A stretch of DNA of 20,000 nucleotides, from the IMG/VR virus record IMGVR_UViG_3300031998_000018; one strand, given 5' to 3'. A program made the translations under genes and the position numbers. Below are positions 9,318 through 19,757 of this stretch, piece after piece (the stretch's first letter is position 1; the number at the start of each line of letters is the position of its first letter). Source of the DNA: an uncultured virus (IMG/VR IMGVR_UViG_3300031998_000018). Lineage: Duplodnaviria; Heunggongvirae; Uroviricota; Caudoviricetes. Under the pieces are notes generated by a model. It was not told where the DNA came from. It made no database searches and saw nothing but the letters and a program-made list of their open reading frames with translations.

Positions 9318-11669
9318 TCAATATTTTAAAATTCGAGTCACGTTATCTATGGCGTTAAGTTTCATAGATTTATTACCTAATGCGCCTTTGCCAAAGATCG
9401 GAATATCATTAGTAGTAAGTTTGATGCAAGAACGAGTAGAAGCAATCAGAATATCAGAGTCGGTTGTGAGTGGCAGGAAGTCCGCCATCCAGTCACCTGC
9501 GTTCAGTTTCTGGAGTTTTGCGCCTTTAGTGTTCTTGCCTTGAGTTACGAACTCATTAGCGGCTGTTTTCTTGAAGAGACCAGCGCCGGATATTGAGGCG
9601 ATGAATGTAGTGTCGGTGGGGATGATATGCGCAGCGACTACGTGGTCACCTTCGTTGAGTTTGATTGCGTGAACCCCTTGCGCGACACGACCTATCGCGC
9701 GAACATCGGAGGTTGTCACCATCAGGAAGTTGCCTGCTTCAGTAAGGATACCGATACGATCATCATTAGTGAAGAGGACATCAATGATTGAGTCACCTTC
9801 TGTTAGATTAATTGCGCGCAGACCGATGCTACGGTTTGTGTTATATTCAGAGATCTCTGACTTCTTCATAATGCCGTTCTTCGTGATAAAGATAATGTAT
9901 TTCTCTGCCGGCTTCTTGGAGTTGGCAGTCATCGCGCAGACTGTCTCCCATTCTTTGAGTGGAAAGTAGTTAAAGAGTGAGGACTTTTCACCAAGCGGTA
10001 AAGAGTGGGCCGCGCAGTGGTAGACGTTTCCGGCGGAAGTGAAGAAGAGAAGCTCTTCATTGGACTCAACTGAACGGGAGTCAATTACATACTCTTTTGC
10101 ATCAAGTTTGAGTTTGTTGCCTACGCCGCCACGCTTCTGGGTGTAGAGGGTAGAGGTTTCGGTAACAATGACACTATTCTGATTGGTGAGGTTGATTTGG
10201 AGACGTTTAATCTCAATTGGTTCCTCAGACTCTGCAGTCAAATTGAGGATCTTTGTGCGGCGAGCATCACCATATTTATTTGCAACAGAGCGCCAGCCCT
10301 CTTTGAGCTCGTTATTGAACAATTCTTCACTATCAAGAATTGTATGAATTCTGACAGCTTCTTTTTCGAGGTCAGCTTTTTCATTTTCGAGTTTCTTAAC
10401 TTCGAGGTGTGCTAAACGACTTAGCTTCATATCAAGCACAGCCTTAGCCTGGTCTTCATCAAGCAGGAACTTGGATTGAAGTGCCGTACTGGCAGCAGCA
10501 GTCGACGTACTTGCTTTAATTGTCTGCACGACTTCTTCAATAGAGGCCATACAGATTAACAGACCATCTATAATGTGAATACGCTTCTCAATCTTACGGA
10601 GATCAAACTCAAAGCCTCTGTAATAAACCTTTTTTTCGTGCGCGATATGAGCTTCGAGCATTTCTTTCCAAGTGAAGACTTTCGGATAACGCCCTTGATC
10701 GAGCATTGTGAAGTTGATACCATAGTAATATTGAAGCGAAGTATTCTTATATAAGTGCTTTAATACCTTATCAGGATTCGCTTTTTTGGTGAGATAAATT
10801 TTGATTAAAGGCGATGAACCCGTGAGGTCATTGAAGCGTTCAACACCGGGGTTATCTTCGCTTTCGATAATCTCCTCAAGTTCGGCGCAGATTGTATTGG
10901 TATAGACGCTATATGGGATTTCAGTAACTACAAAACAGCGCTCTTTGCTGTCGAAATCGACAACACTCCTCAACTTGCAAGCAAAGCCCTGCCCATTCTT
11001 CATTGATTGCTTGACTTCATCTTCATTGTATAACACTGCGCCCGTCGCGAAGTCTGGCGCGCAATAGATGTCCTCAAATGAACAGTCAGGATGGTCAATA
11101 AGATAAATCAGCGCATTATTCAGTTCTTTGATGTTATATTGAGGAATGGAACACGCCATGCCGATACCGATACCAGTTGAACCATTCACGATATTGTAGA
11201 AGCCTTTTGAGGGAAGAACAGATGGATACTGTTCAGTTTCGGAGTAGTTATCGCGCCATTCCACAATGGTATCTTTATCTATATCCTCAAAGAGGTTAGC
11301 AGATATCTTAGAGAGGCGAGCCTCCGTGTAACGAGGCGCCGCCCAGTTGCCTGATGCAATGAGAGTACCGCCATTGCCCTTGATAGTAACGAGTGGATAC
11401 CGCATAGCAAATGGCTGACCCGCGCGCATTATAATTCCTTCACAAGAGGAGTCACCATGGATGTAGAAGTGCTTAAGAGCTTCACCGATAGAGGCCATGG
11501 TCTTCTGATATGGCTTGTCGGCAGTATACTTATACTTATCCATGCAGTAAAGTATCTGTCTCGCAGATGGTTTCAATCCATCACGCACATCAACGAGCGC
11601 GCGCGATTGTAAGACACTCCCTGCATATTGAGTCATTGCTTCACTGATTACATTTTTAAGGTTGCTCAT
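9318..11669 (-). CDS. gyrA: Type IIA topoisomerase subunit A (GyrA-like), 783 aa
   Basis: RALVDVRDGLKP, HGDS, catalytic APRYTEAR, DFATG, TEIPY; C-terminal beta-pinwheel repeats with GyrA-box-like QKRGGVG. Confidence 0.93.
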   Translation of the reverse strand: MSNLKNVISEAMTQYAGSVLQSRALVDVRDGLKPSARQILYCMDKYKYTADKPYQKTMASIGEALKHFYIHGDSSCEGIIMRAGQPFAMRYPLVTIKGNGGTLIASGNWAAPRYTEARLSKISANLFEDIDKDTIVEWRDNYSETEQYPSVLPSKGFYNIVNGSTGIGIGMACSIPQYNIKELNNALIYLIDHPDCSFEDIYCAPDFATGAVLYNEDEVKQSMKNGQGFACKLRSVVDFDSKERCFVVTEIPYSVYTNTICAELEEIIESEDNPGVERFNDLTGSSPLIKIYLTKKANPDKVLKHLYKNTSLQYYYGINFTMLDQGRYPKVFTWKEMLEAHIAHEKKVYYRGFEFDLRKIEKRIHIIDGLLICMASIEEVVQTIKASTSTAAASTALQSKFLLDEDQAKAVLDMKLSRLAHLEVKKLENEKADLEKEAVRIHTILDSEELFNNELKEGWRSVANKYGDARRTKILNLTAESEEPIEIKRLQINLTNQNSVIVTETSTLYTQKRGGVGNKLKLDAKEYVIDSRSVESNEELLFFTSAGNVYHCAAHSLPLGEKSSLFNYFPLKEWETVCAMTANSKKPAEKYIIFITKNGIMKKSEISEYNTNRSIGLRAINLTEGDSIIDVLFTNDDRIGILTEAGNFLMVTTSDVRAIGRVAQGVHAIKLNEGDHVVAAHIIPTDTTFIASISGAGLFKKTAANEFVTQGKNTKGAKLQKLNAGDWMADFLPLTTDSDILIASTRSCIKLTTNDIPIFGKGALGNKSMKLNAIDNVTRILKY

Positions 11670-11672
11670 TTA

Positions 11673-13526
11673 TTACTCCTTTATTTGTGAAAAGTCGACA
11701 TTCTCAAATATGAATTCTCTGCGCGGTTCGACTTCCTCGCCCATTAAGTCATAAAGTAGATCAATGGCATTTTCGTTCCACTCCATCACATCCATACGCT
11801 GATATTCAGGAGTAAACATTGACTTGCGCGCCTGATCTGGCTCAAGTGAACCAAGACCTTTGTTGCGCTGCACTTCACCCTTGATTTTGCCTTTTACTTT
11901 GTTGAACTCTTCATCAGTAAAGTAGTAGGACTCAGTCTTACTACTAGTCACGATGTAGAGAGGTGAACGAAGCCAGCAGAGCCTTCCTTCACGAATGAAG
12001 TCGGGCGCGAGATACTGCAGAGCAGCCATAATCAGTAAGCCAATATGATAACCATCTGAGTCAGCATCTGTACAGATTGCGAGACGACCATAACGAAGGT
12101 TCTTTGCATTATATTTGCCAGGAACAATATTCATCGCACTCAGTAGAAGTTTGATTTCTTCATTATTGAAGATCTTTTCTTCAGGATTAGATAAACAGTT
12201 AATGATCTTACCACGAATAGCCATGATGCCATACTTGGTATAATCACGACCTTGCGCCAGACCACCAAGCGCGCTATCACCCTCGGCAATTAGTAGGGTA
12301 GACCCTTCACCGAGAAACTCAGCATCCTTCAGTTTATCAGATGAAAAGACTTTCTTCTTCTGATTCTTCTCTACTTCGCGCGCAGCATCAAGGACTTGGC
12401 GCCGTGCCTTTTCGGCGGCTGCTTCGGCTTTAGCGATTTTCTTAAGCATCTCCACGATAGTATCAAACTCCGAGGAGTACTTAGTCTTCATTACTTTCAG
12501 AGCATCAGAAAATGCATTCGAAGCCAAAGTCCGCAGACTAGCGTTATTAATTTTGGATTTAGTTTGGTTAGCGAAAGAAGGTTGCGCCACAGAGCAGTTG
12601 ATAACATAATATAGACCAGAGCGGATGCTATCGCCGTCAAACTTTTGTCCTGAGAGGTTGTTGAAGGTTCTGGTGATGGCACTTTTAGCCCCCGTGATAG
12701 GGCTACCGCCTTCAGGTACTCGTAAGCCATTAACAAAGACATATTCATGTTCTTTATTGTCTCCCCATTGAAATGCGATATCTACTTTATCAACGCCATC
12801 TGTGGCAGTAGCGGTGATAATGTGTTGATGTAATGGCGCCTTGACGTTATCTTTGATGAAATCGATAATGCCATTCTTGGCGCAGAATGTTTTTTTGACT
12901 CCCTTGTCGTTAGCGACAAGGAAGGTTACTCCTGTGTAGAGATAGGAGATATCGTGGATCTCTTGACAGATACGATCATAAGAATAACCGATTTCACCGT
13001 TTTTGAAGACTTCGGGATCTGGGATAAACCAAATCTTCGTGCCATTCGGCTCGGTTGTATCATATTCGACATATTCATCAAGAATGCCTTGATTCCAGCA
13101 AGCATAAGCGGCCTTGCCATCACGATAGCTGTCTACGATAAATTGCTTGGAACTGAGGCAGACGCATTTACCGCCAATGCCATTGAGACCCGATGAGTTC
13201 TTATAGGCGCCTTCCTCAAACTTGCCGCCTGTGTGAGAACGAGAGTAGATGGATACTAAAACATTTTCACCATCCTCGCGGATACCAAACGGAACGCCGC
13301 GTCCGTAGTCACGGATCATTATGCTGTTGTTAGTTTCTGCGACGAGGATTTCGATTTTATTGCCATATCCAGCAATCGCCTCGTCTGTTGAGTTGTTGAT
13401 GATTTCCTTGAAGGCTTGATAGGTGCCTTCGTTGTCATCAGAACCGAGATACATTTGGATGCGGGTTCTAATACCCTCACGGAAGCTCAAGGATTTAATA
13501 TCCTCTATACCGTAATTATGAGTCAT
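11673..13526 (-). CDS. gyrB: Type IIA topoisomerase subunit B (GyrB-like), about 617 aa
   Basis: GHKL motifs (EIINNSTDE, DYGRGVP, HTGGKF, GLNGIG), TOPRIM EGDSA, RGKIIN, DADSDG, KGLG. ATG 13526 overlaps the mom TGA and has SD GGAGAG (track start 13538). Confidence 0.93.
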   Translation of the reverse strand: MTHNYGIEDIKSLSFREGIRTRIQMYLGSDDNEGTYQAFKEIINNSTDEAIAGYGNKIEILVAETNNSIMIRDYGRGVPFGIREDGENVLVSIYSRSHTGGKFEEGAYKNSSGLNGIGGKCVCLSSKQFIVDSYRDGKAAYACWNQGILDEYVEYDTTEPNGTKIWFIPDPEVFKNGEIGYSYDRICQEIHDISYLYTGVTFLVANDKGVKKTFCAKNGIIDFIKDNVKAPLHQHIITATATDGVDKVDIAFQWGDNKEHEYVFVNGLRVPEGGSPITGAKSAITRTFNNLSGQKFDGDSIRSGLYYVINCSVAQPSFANQTKSKINNASLRTLASNAFSDALKVMKTKYSSEFDTIVEMLKKIAKAEAAAEKARRQVLDAAREVEKNQKKKVFSSDKLKDAEFLGEGSTLLIAEGDSALGGLAQGRDYTKYGIMAIRGKIINCLSNPEEKIFNNEEIKLLLSAMNIVPGKYNAKNLRYGRLAICTDADSDGYHIGLLIMAALQYLAPDFIREGRLCWLRSPLYIVTSSKTESYYFTDEEFNKVKGKIKGEVQRNKGLGSLEPDQARKSMFTPEYQRMDVMEWNENAIDLLYDLMGEEVEPRREFIFENVDFSQIKE

Positions 13527-14680
13527 GTTTCTCTCCATTCTATTGTATATCCATTAATTGTATTTTGATGCCGCTGTTTTGCTATTGAGACTGCTTGGCG
13601 CGAGACATCGCAGTAATCTGCAACTTCGACTTGACGATTAAAGCGAACACCGTCGATCATGCAGATATAAGGAGTGTCAATTATTTCTTCAGGTTCCGTT
13701 TCGGAGTTGTATTGACGGAAGAAATGTTCTTTATACATCTTGCCAGATTTGATCGCGGCACGCAGTCCACTATCTGACAAGCCTGATGGACACTGCGCCA
13801 GAGCGTCTTTTATACTGGTGTAAGTAGTTATTAACTCACCATCATGAGAGTATTCTGCTACGTTGAGATGAACTGTCGGTAACTCGCCATGACGGATTAA
13901 AGCGGCGCGAGTAAATAACTTCTCTTCTTTTTCATAATAATATTGAACAAAATTGCGGGCGGGCGCAGTGTAAGTCGATAAGAACTCATTATCTTCTTTG
14001 TATACGCGCTCTTTAGTACATATCGGATATTCCGTGGCCGGCTTCGGATAGGGCAGGACAGGACTGGCGCAGTGTAGTTTTTTATCTAATCTTTGAATAT
14101 AGATGAACTGTTTAGTCCAAGTCTGCCTGACATCATGATAAAGATCACAAATACTTTGACGGAATGGTTTAGATCTATCTGTATAATGTGTATAGTAATA
14201 CCATACGGTTATTTGATGGCGCTCTTGACCATCGAGTAACCAGAAACCGTCTGAAACAAAATAGCCGAGATACTCCCAGTTAGTAGCTTGATAGATAAAA
14301 CCGTAATTACCTTCTTTGCGCCCTGCATAGGACACAAGAAGTTTAATTTCAGGTTTATTTTGCTTGATCCATTTAATACCGAGAGAGATGGCTTGACTTT
14401 CTGAGTTTTTCCCCTCGGAGTCTGCCATACAAAACCGATTGAGTTCGAGATATTGATCCTTAGTTATCGGCTCTTTGACATAACGATCTAGTCGAATAGC
14501 CTCTTGCGCGCTACATCCCCATTGGAGGACACCAACAAGAAGATTATCACTTTTGCGATAAATACCCTAATTGATCTTTGCTTTCTTGAAGCCAACTCCA
14601 GAATAGTGATATAAGGCAGTCATTTTATTTGCCTTAGATGAGTTGATTAGGTCAATATAATAATCTTTACTTTCAATCAT
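13523..14680 (-). CDS. mom: Mom-like adenine-modification (GNAT-fold) enzyme fused to NUMOD1-like and HTH domains, 385 aa, 1 in-frame TAG
   Basis: Reading through TAG 14567-14569 gives HYS...GIY...LVGVLQWG...YLELNRF...KNSESQAIS...VSYA...G.IYQATNWEYLG...PYPK, colinear with phage Mu Mom as recalled. Then VAEYSHDGELITTYTSIKDA (NUMOD1-like) and EVADYCDVSRQAVS (HTH). Confidence 0.85.
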
Positions 14681-14723
14681 GCCAGAATATACACAGTAAG
14701 ATGAACAATATAATAAATGTCAT
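14673..14723 (-). CDS. 16-aa hydrophobic leader ORF overlapping the mom start
   Basis: MTFIILFILLCIFWHD-TGA; SD AGGGAG; first ORF after promoter copy 4; overlaps the first 8 nt of mom. Confidence 0.55.
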   Translation of the reverse strand: MTFIILFILLCIFWHD

Positions 14724-14744
14724 CAGAATTTCTCCCTAATTTTG

Positions 14745-14783
14745 TTCTATATATATTATAGCAAAATTTTGTATAAAAATCAA
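14745..14783 (-). promoter_or_regulatory. Conserved early promoter, copy 4 (leader-mom-gyrB-gyrA operon)
   Basis: TTGATT (14783-14778), 17 nt, TATAAT (14760-14755), then ATATATAGAA. Confidence 0.8.
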
Positions 14784-14787
14784 GTTA

Positions 14788-14805
14788 TTTCTACTTACTA
14801 TATGA
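14788..14805 (+). promoter_or_regulatory. Candidate phage late-promoter motif
   Basis: TTTCTACTTACTATATG upstream of the plus-strand structural-like gene; same TACTTA core at 18523 (+) and 6908-6903 (-). Confidence 0.4.
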
Positions 14806-14829
14806 AAAATCTACCGGGAGGTAAAAAAT

Positions 14830-15144
14830 ATGGATATCGAAAAGATTATTGAGTATGTGTTAAGGACACCCGAAAACACAAATCCTAACATTCTACGCGG
14901 CATGCTTAAAGCACTTGTTGCTAGTGAACAACCCGACTTAAGTTTTGTAACTGCTACTGCGGACAAGATTTTAGTTGGCTATGACGGTGCCTCAAGTGCT
15001 GGTACAAAAGTTGAAGGTGCTTATGTGCCTCTTGATACTTCTGATGCGACTGCTACTGCTGAAGATATTATGTCTGGCAAAACAGCTTATGTCAATGGTG
15101 TTAAGATCGAAGGTACATATACACCACCCGCTGCTACAATTTAA
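14830..15144 (+). CDS. Small virion/tail-fibre-repeat protein, 104 aa
   Basis: Two copies of an ATATAEDI.SGKTAYVNG.KIEGT-type repeat seen in Bacillota phage tail proteins; SD GGGAGGT; own terminator. Confidence 0.75.
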   Translation: MDIEKIIEYVLRTPENTNPNILRGMLKALVASEQPDLSFVTATADKILVGYDGASSAGTKVEGAYVPLDTSDATATAEDIMSGKTAYVNGVKIEGTYTPPAATI

Positions 15145-15158
15145 TTAAACATGAAATC

Positions 15159-15185
15159 GAGCAGGCATTACGCCTGCTCTTTTTT
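15159..15185. terminator. Intrinsic terminator between convergent genes
   Basis: GAGCAGGC-ATTAC-GCCTGCTC (15159-15179) followed by TTTTTT. Confidence 0.85.
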
Positions 15186-15186
15186 A

Positions 15187-16245
15187 TTATCTTTCCCAGT
15201 TACTTGTCATTCTTGCTCGTTTTGCTTTTGTCGGTATTGTCGCCCATACAAGTAAATCTCGCGCTCGAGTGGCTGCAACATAACTCACACATTTTTCTTC
15301 GAGGTCATAGAAGCGGGCGCCGATTACGACCACATTCTTTGCTTCTAGTCCTTTGCTGGTGTGGATAGTTAGTACTTTGACATCATCGCTCTTTAACTTC
15401 TCATATAACTCTGCATTAGTTAATTGAGCGCGTTTAAATGACGAGGCTGGAATATCTTCACTTTCGAGATATTTCATGATTTCATCTGACTAATCATTAG
15501 TTCGAGTCAGTATGAACCAATCCTTATAGTTGCCCATTCGTTTGATTGTCCTGACAATTGCCACAGGGCTATAATCCACTGTCACTACGCGTCCGGCTGT
15601 CTTGCGCATGGCGATAGAAGAATCACAATATTCATATCCAGCCTGGAGGATGATACTGCGTGCAAATGAGAGGATATCACTACCATTACGATAGTTCTCA
15701 TTCATATATTCAACAACGCCATTGGTTTGCTTAATGTAGTCATTGATGTATTCTGGATGAGCATCGCGCCAACGATATATAGACTGGCGCTTATCATAGC
15801 AACAGAATCGTTTTTGAGGCTGAAGGATATTGAAGATAAATTCGAATTGATCTGCGTTGCAGTCTTGCATCTCGTCACAAAGAACAGCATAAACTGGCGC
15901 GACACAATCAAGATGTTCTTTAAGTAGTGAGAATAGTTTGTCGAATAATTGTTCTTCAATATATTCGAGTGCTTTGGAAACTCCGTGTGATAGGAGGAGT
16001 CTGAGACAATAAGAATGAATAGTGCCAACGAATACTCGATTCTTGTCGTAGTCGCCCAAGCGCTAACTCATTTCTTCAGCGGCCGCATTAGTGAATGTGA
16101 AAGCTATGACTTGACCTTGGTTATCATTGATAAACTAACGAGTTTTTTCGATTAGTACTAATGTTTTACCGGATGCCGCGGCTGATTCAACAAATACGTT
16201 GTCAGCGCGATTGTTGATGATTTTTTGTTGTAATGTGCTTAACAT
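15187..16245 (-). CDS. uvrD: Compact UvrD/PcrA-like SF1A helicase, 352 aa, 3 in-frame TAG
   Basis: One frame from ATG 16245 through TAGs 16135-37, 16063-65 and 15490-92. Motifs: I AAASGKT, Ia FTFTNAAAEEM, GTIHS, II DEMQD, III DKRQSIYRWRDA, IV ENYR, IVa LTRTND*S, V TIHTSKGLE, VI YVAATRAR. Confidence 0.9.
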
Positions 16246-16260
16246 GTTACTCCCGCCTAT

Positions 16261-17370
<1,110 letters not shown>

Positions 17371-17372
17371 TT

Positions 17373-18407
17373 TTATCCTCCGCTTTTAATATTATATCCA
17401 TAAATAGTGGATTGATAGAAATTCACATAAAATTTTTCTCGTTCACCCAATTTTGCTTCACCATCAACTTTTTCTAATATTTCCCATGAAAAATCTGACC
17501 AATGTTGGTATAAAGCTTTATGAATATTAGAACGCTTTATTGTTCCAATATTAAGTGATGTTTTTATATGTTCAGTCCAACGATTTGAGACCAATCCTGA
17601 AGTTTTACCAATATAAATTTCTTGGGTTTTGAGATTAGTAATTTTATAAATTACATTTTTAGGGTCAGAATTCCCTAAAACGTTGTTCATCATTTTTTTG
17701 AAAGGTTTTTGAAGATATTCAGACCAAATTAATTTTGATAGTATTTCTTTATTACGCAATCTATCAACGATTGATAAAAGATAATTTATATCTTCTAAAT
17801 CCTCGTCCGGTATACAAATACGATAAAAGTCTTGCTGTTCGTCGAGAGCGCGCTGCCGTAAAATTTCTTCATTGATAGCATCGCGTTTCTTTTGATATTC
17901 TGCTAAAGTAGCACGTAATTCATCTATATCACTATTTAAATTTGCACAAGTTTGAACGAATTCTTCTTCTGCTTGTTCAAGCAAGTCATTTTCGGTAGCG
18001 TGCAGACTACGTGTATATTCAGCCATTTTAGAGCCATAATACTGTTCAAGCATGCTATCGAGAGTGCCTTTTGCCTTTTCGTTTTGCTCAACTAGCTGTT
18101 GATATTGATCTTTAAGGACTTTTGCCTCATTCTGCGCCCGTTGCTCCTGTTCAGACACCTGCCGATTCAATAAATTTATGCGTCGGGTGCTCTCTGCATC
18201 AAAATTCAAACGAGCCTACTGCGCTATCTCTAGCCTATGTCTTTCCTCTGAAAGCGCGGAGTCAAATTGCTATTTCTTTTTTTCTATATATTCTTCTTTA
18301 TATTCTATTCTTTGTTTGTATAATTTAATTAAAAATATTATAATAAATATAAATAATATAAAAGTTAATATCAATGAACTTAATATTATATATAGTATGT
18401 ACTTCAT
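17373..18407 (-). CDS. Membrane-anchored coiled-coil protein with C-terminal GIY-YIG nuclease domain, 344 aa, 2 in-frame TAG
   Basis: The frame extends through TAG 18216-18 and 18270-72 to ATG 18407 (SD GGAGG). N-terminal TM helix YILYIILSSLILTFILFIFIIIFLI, long E/Q/K/R-rich helix, then VIYKITN...IYIGKT...RWTEH...EREKFY...YGYN. Confidence 0.85.
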
Positions 18408-18427
18408 TTTATCTATTCCTCCATTAT

Positions 18428-18468
18428 ATCTATATAAATATTATACATTATTTTTATCCGAAAATCAA
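18428..18468 (-). promoter_or_regulatory. Conserved early promoter, copy 5 (TM-GIY-YIG, GIY-YIG, uvrD operon)
   Basis: TTGATT (18468-18463), 17 nt, TATAAT (18445-18440), then ATTTATATAGA. Confidence 0.8.
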
Positions 18469-18522
18469 TTTTTGAGTCGTTGCCACCGAGCGTGAAAAAT
18501 TAGAGTATTTCGCCATAAAGGA

Positions 18523-18536
18523 TACTTATAAATGTA
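18523..18536 (+). promoter_or_regulatory. Candidate phage late-promoter motif
   Basis: TACTTATAAATG just ahead of the plus-strand structural operon. Confidence 0.4.
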
Positions 18537-18569
18537 AGCAGATTGGCTAATAAATTAAGGAGGAAAGTC

Positions 18570-18896
18570 ATGATCAGAGGCACAACACCTACTCATGTGT
18601 TCACTAAATTACCAGTGTTATCCACTGATATTGCTGAATTATGGGTTACCTACCTTCAAAACGGACGAGAAGTTCTGACTAAGGATAAGACATCGGCGGT
18701 CTTCATCGATGATCCTGAGGAAGAAACAAGTATTCTTGAAGTCACTTTAAGCCAAGAAGAGACTCTCAAATTTAATTATGGCCCAGCAAGCGTGCAGTTA
18801 CGTCTATTACTTGTTGATGATACAGCACTGGCTTCGGACGAAGTGCCACTTGTCGTTAAACGAATTCTGAAAAATGGGATTATTGGAGCGGAATGA
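18570..18896 (+). CDS. Phage structural protein, BppU-N-like beta domain, 108 aa
   Basis: MIRGTTPTHVF...LWVTYLQ...VTLSQEETLKF...VQLRLL; SD AAGGAGG before ATG 18570. Confidence 0.75.
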   Translation: MIRGTTPTHVFTKLPVLSTDIAELWVTYLQNGREVLTKDKTSAVFIDDPEEETSILEVTLSQEETLKFNYGPASVQLRLLLVDDTALASDEVPLVVKRILKNGIIGAE

Positions 18897-19743
18897 TTTA
18901 ACGCAATCAGAGCGTATATAGATAATTGATGCAGTGCGCGGAAAATTACCAATAGATTATTCTACTGAAATGACTGTCATCCCTGTCGAGTTCGAGGAAC
19001 AATCAAGTAGAATTCCGGTGATTATTCCTGAGCGAGAAGATGTTCCTTCTTTCTTTGAGGACTACATTGCTTAGCGCGGGAGCTGCCGCATTATATATAA
19101 GACCACTTCAGAATGGGATGCAGAACCTACTTTAGTTGGGTACCGCGGCTATCTGTATGTTTATCTTGATGCAGATTCTTATGTAGATGAGCACGGTAAT
19201 ACAGTATATGTCCCCGCAATCAAGTTAGGCGATGGAGAAACACCATTAATTGATTTGCCGTTTATGACGGCTTAGACCTCGCAAGAGGTAATTCACCATC
19301 TTGAGGATGCTTATGCACACTGGCAAGAGGGTGAGCGCGAGGCTCTTCAAGCGACACTTGAAGGAAAAGTAGATATAACAGAATTTAGTGAATATATTGA
19401 AATTGATGAAGCTCAAGGATATTTTGATGCTGAGACAATAGCAATTATTCAAACAAATCCAATTAAGCGAATAAAGTATGATGATCGTATTTATACTATG
19501 ACAATGCGTCGGTCTGGTGTGTATCGGTACACAACGGGTAGTGATGATGCTAATTTTGCTAAGTTCATTGATGTGAATGTTAGCGATTTTAGTTGGCATT
19601 GTTATAATAATGAAAATGATGTGCTTGCATAGCATATTAATGACACCACGGTGCATATCACTGATGCTAAAAGGACATTTTGGAATAGAAAACTTAATTA
19701 TGACACCGTCTCGGAAGAGCGGTTAATATTAAATAGAAATTAA
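18874..19743 (+). CDS. Tail-fibre-associated protein, about 289 aa, 4 in-frame TAG; start uncertain
   Basis: Open through TAGs 18919, 19072, 19273 and 19630 to TAA 19741-43. Contains TTSEWDAEPTLV...IKLGDGETPLIDLPF (Mtd_N/hyaluronidase-N-like) and HINDTTVHITDAKRTFWN. Confidence 0.75.
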
Positions 19744-19757
19744 AAGGAGGAAAGTTT

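Noticed and set aside
9318..13526. Bacterial chromosomal gyrB-gyrA/oriC region, or introns/inteins in the replication genes
   Set aside because: No dnaA/dnaN/recF; divergent sequences in a phage context with mom and tail genes; gene lengths are normal and no intein or intron signature was seen.
14567..14569. TAG = Leu or pyrrolysine, since the mom TAG aligns to the Leu of Mu HLGVF
   Set aside because: A single position. UvrD RTND*S and the remnant IKN*Y favour Gln, most other TAGs lie in polar helical contexts, and no pyl genes are in view.
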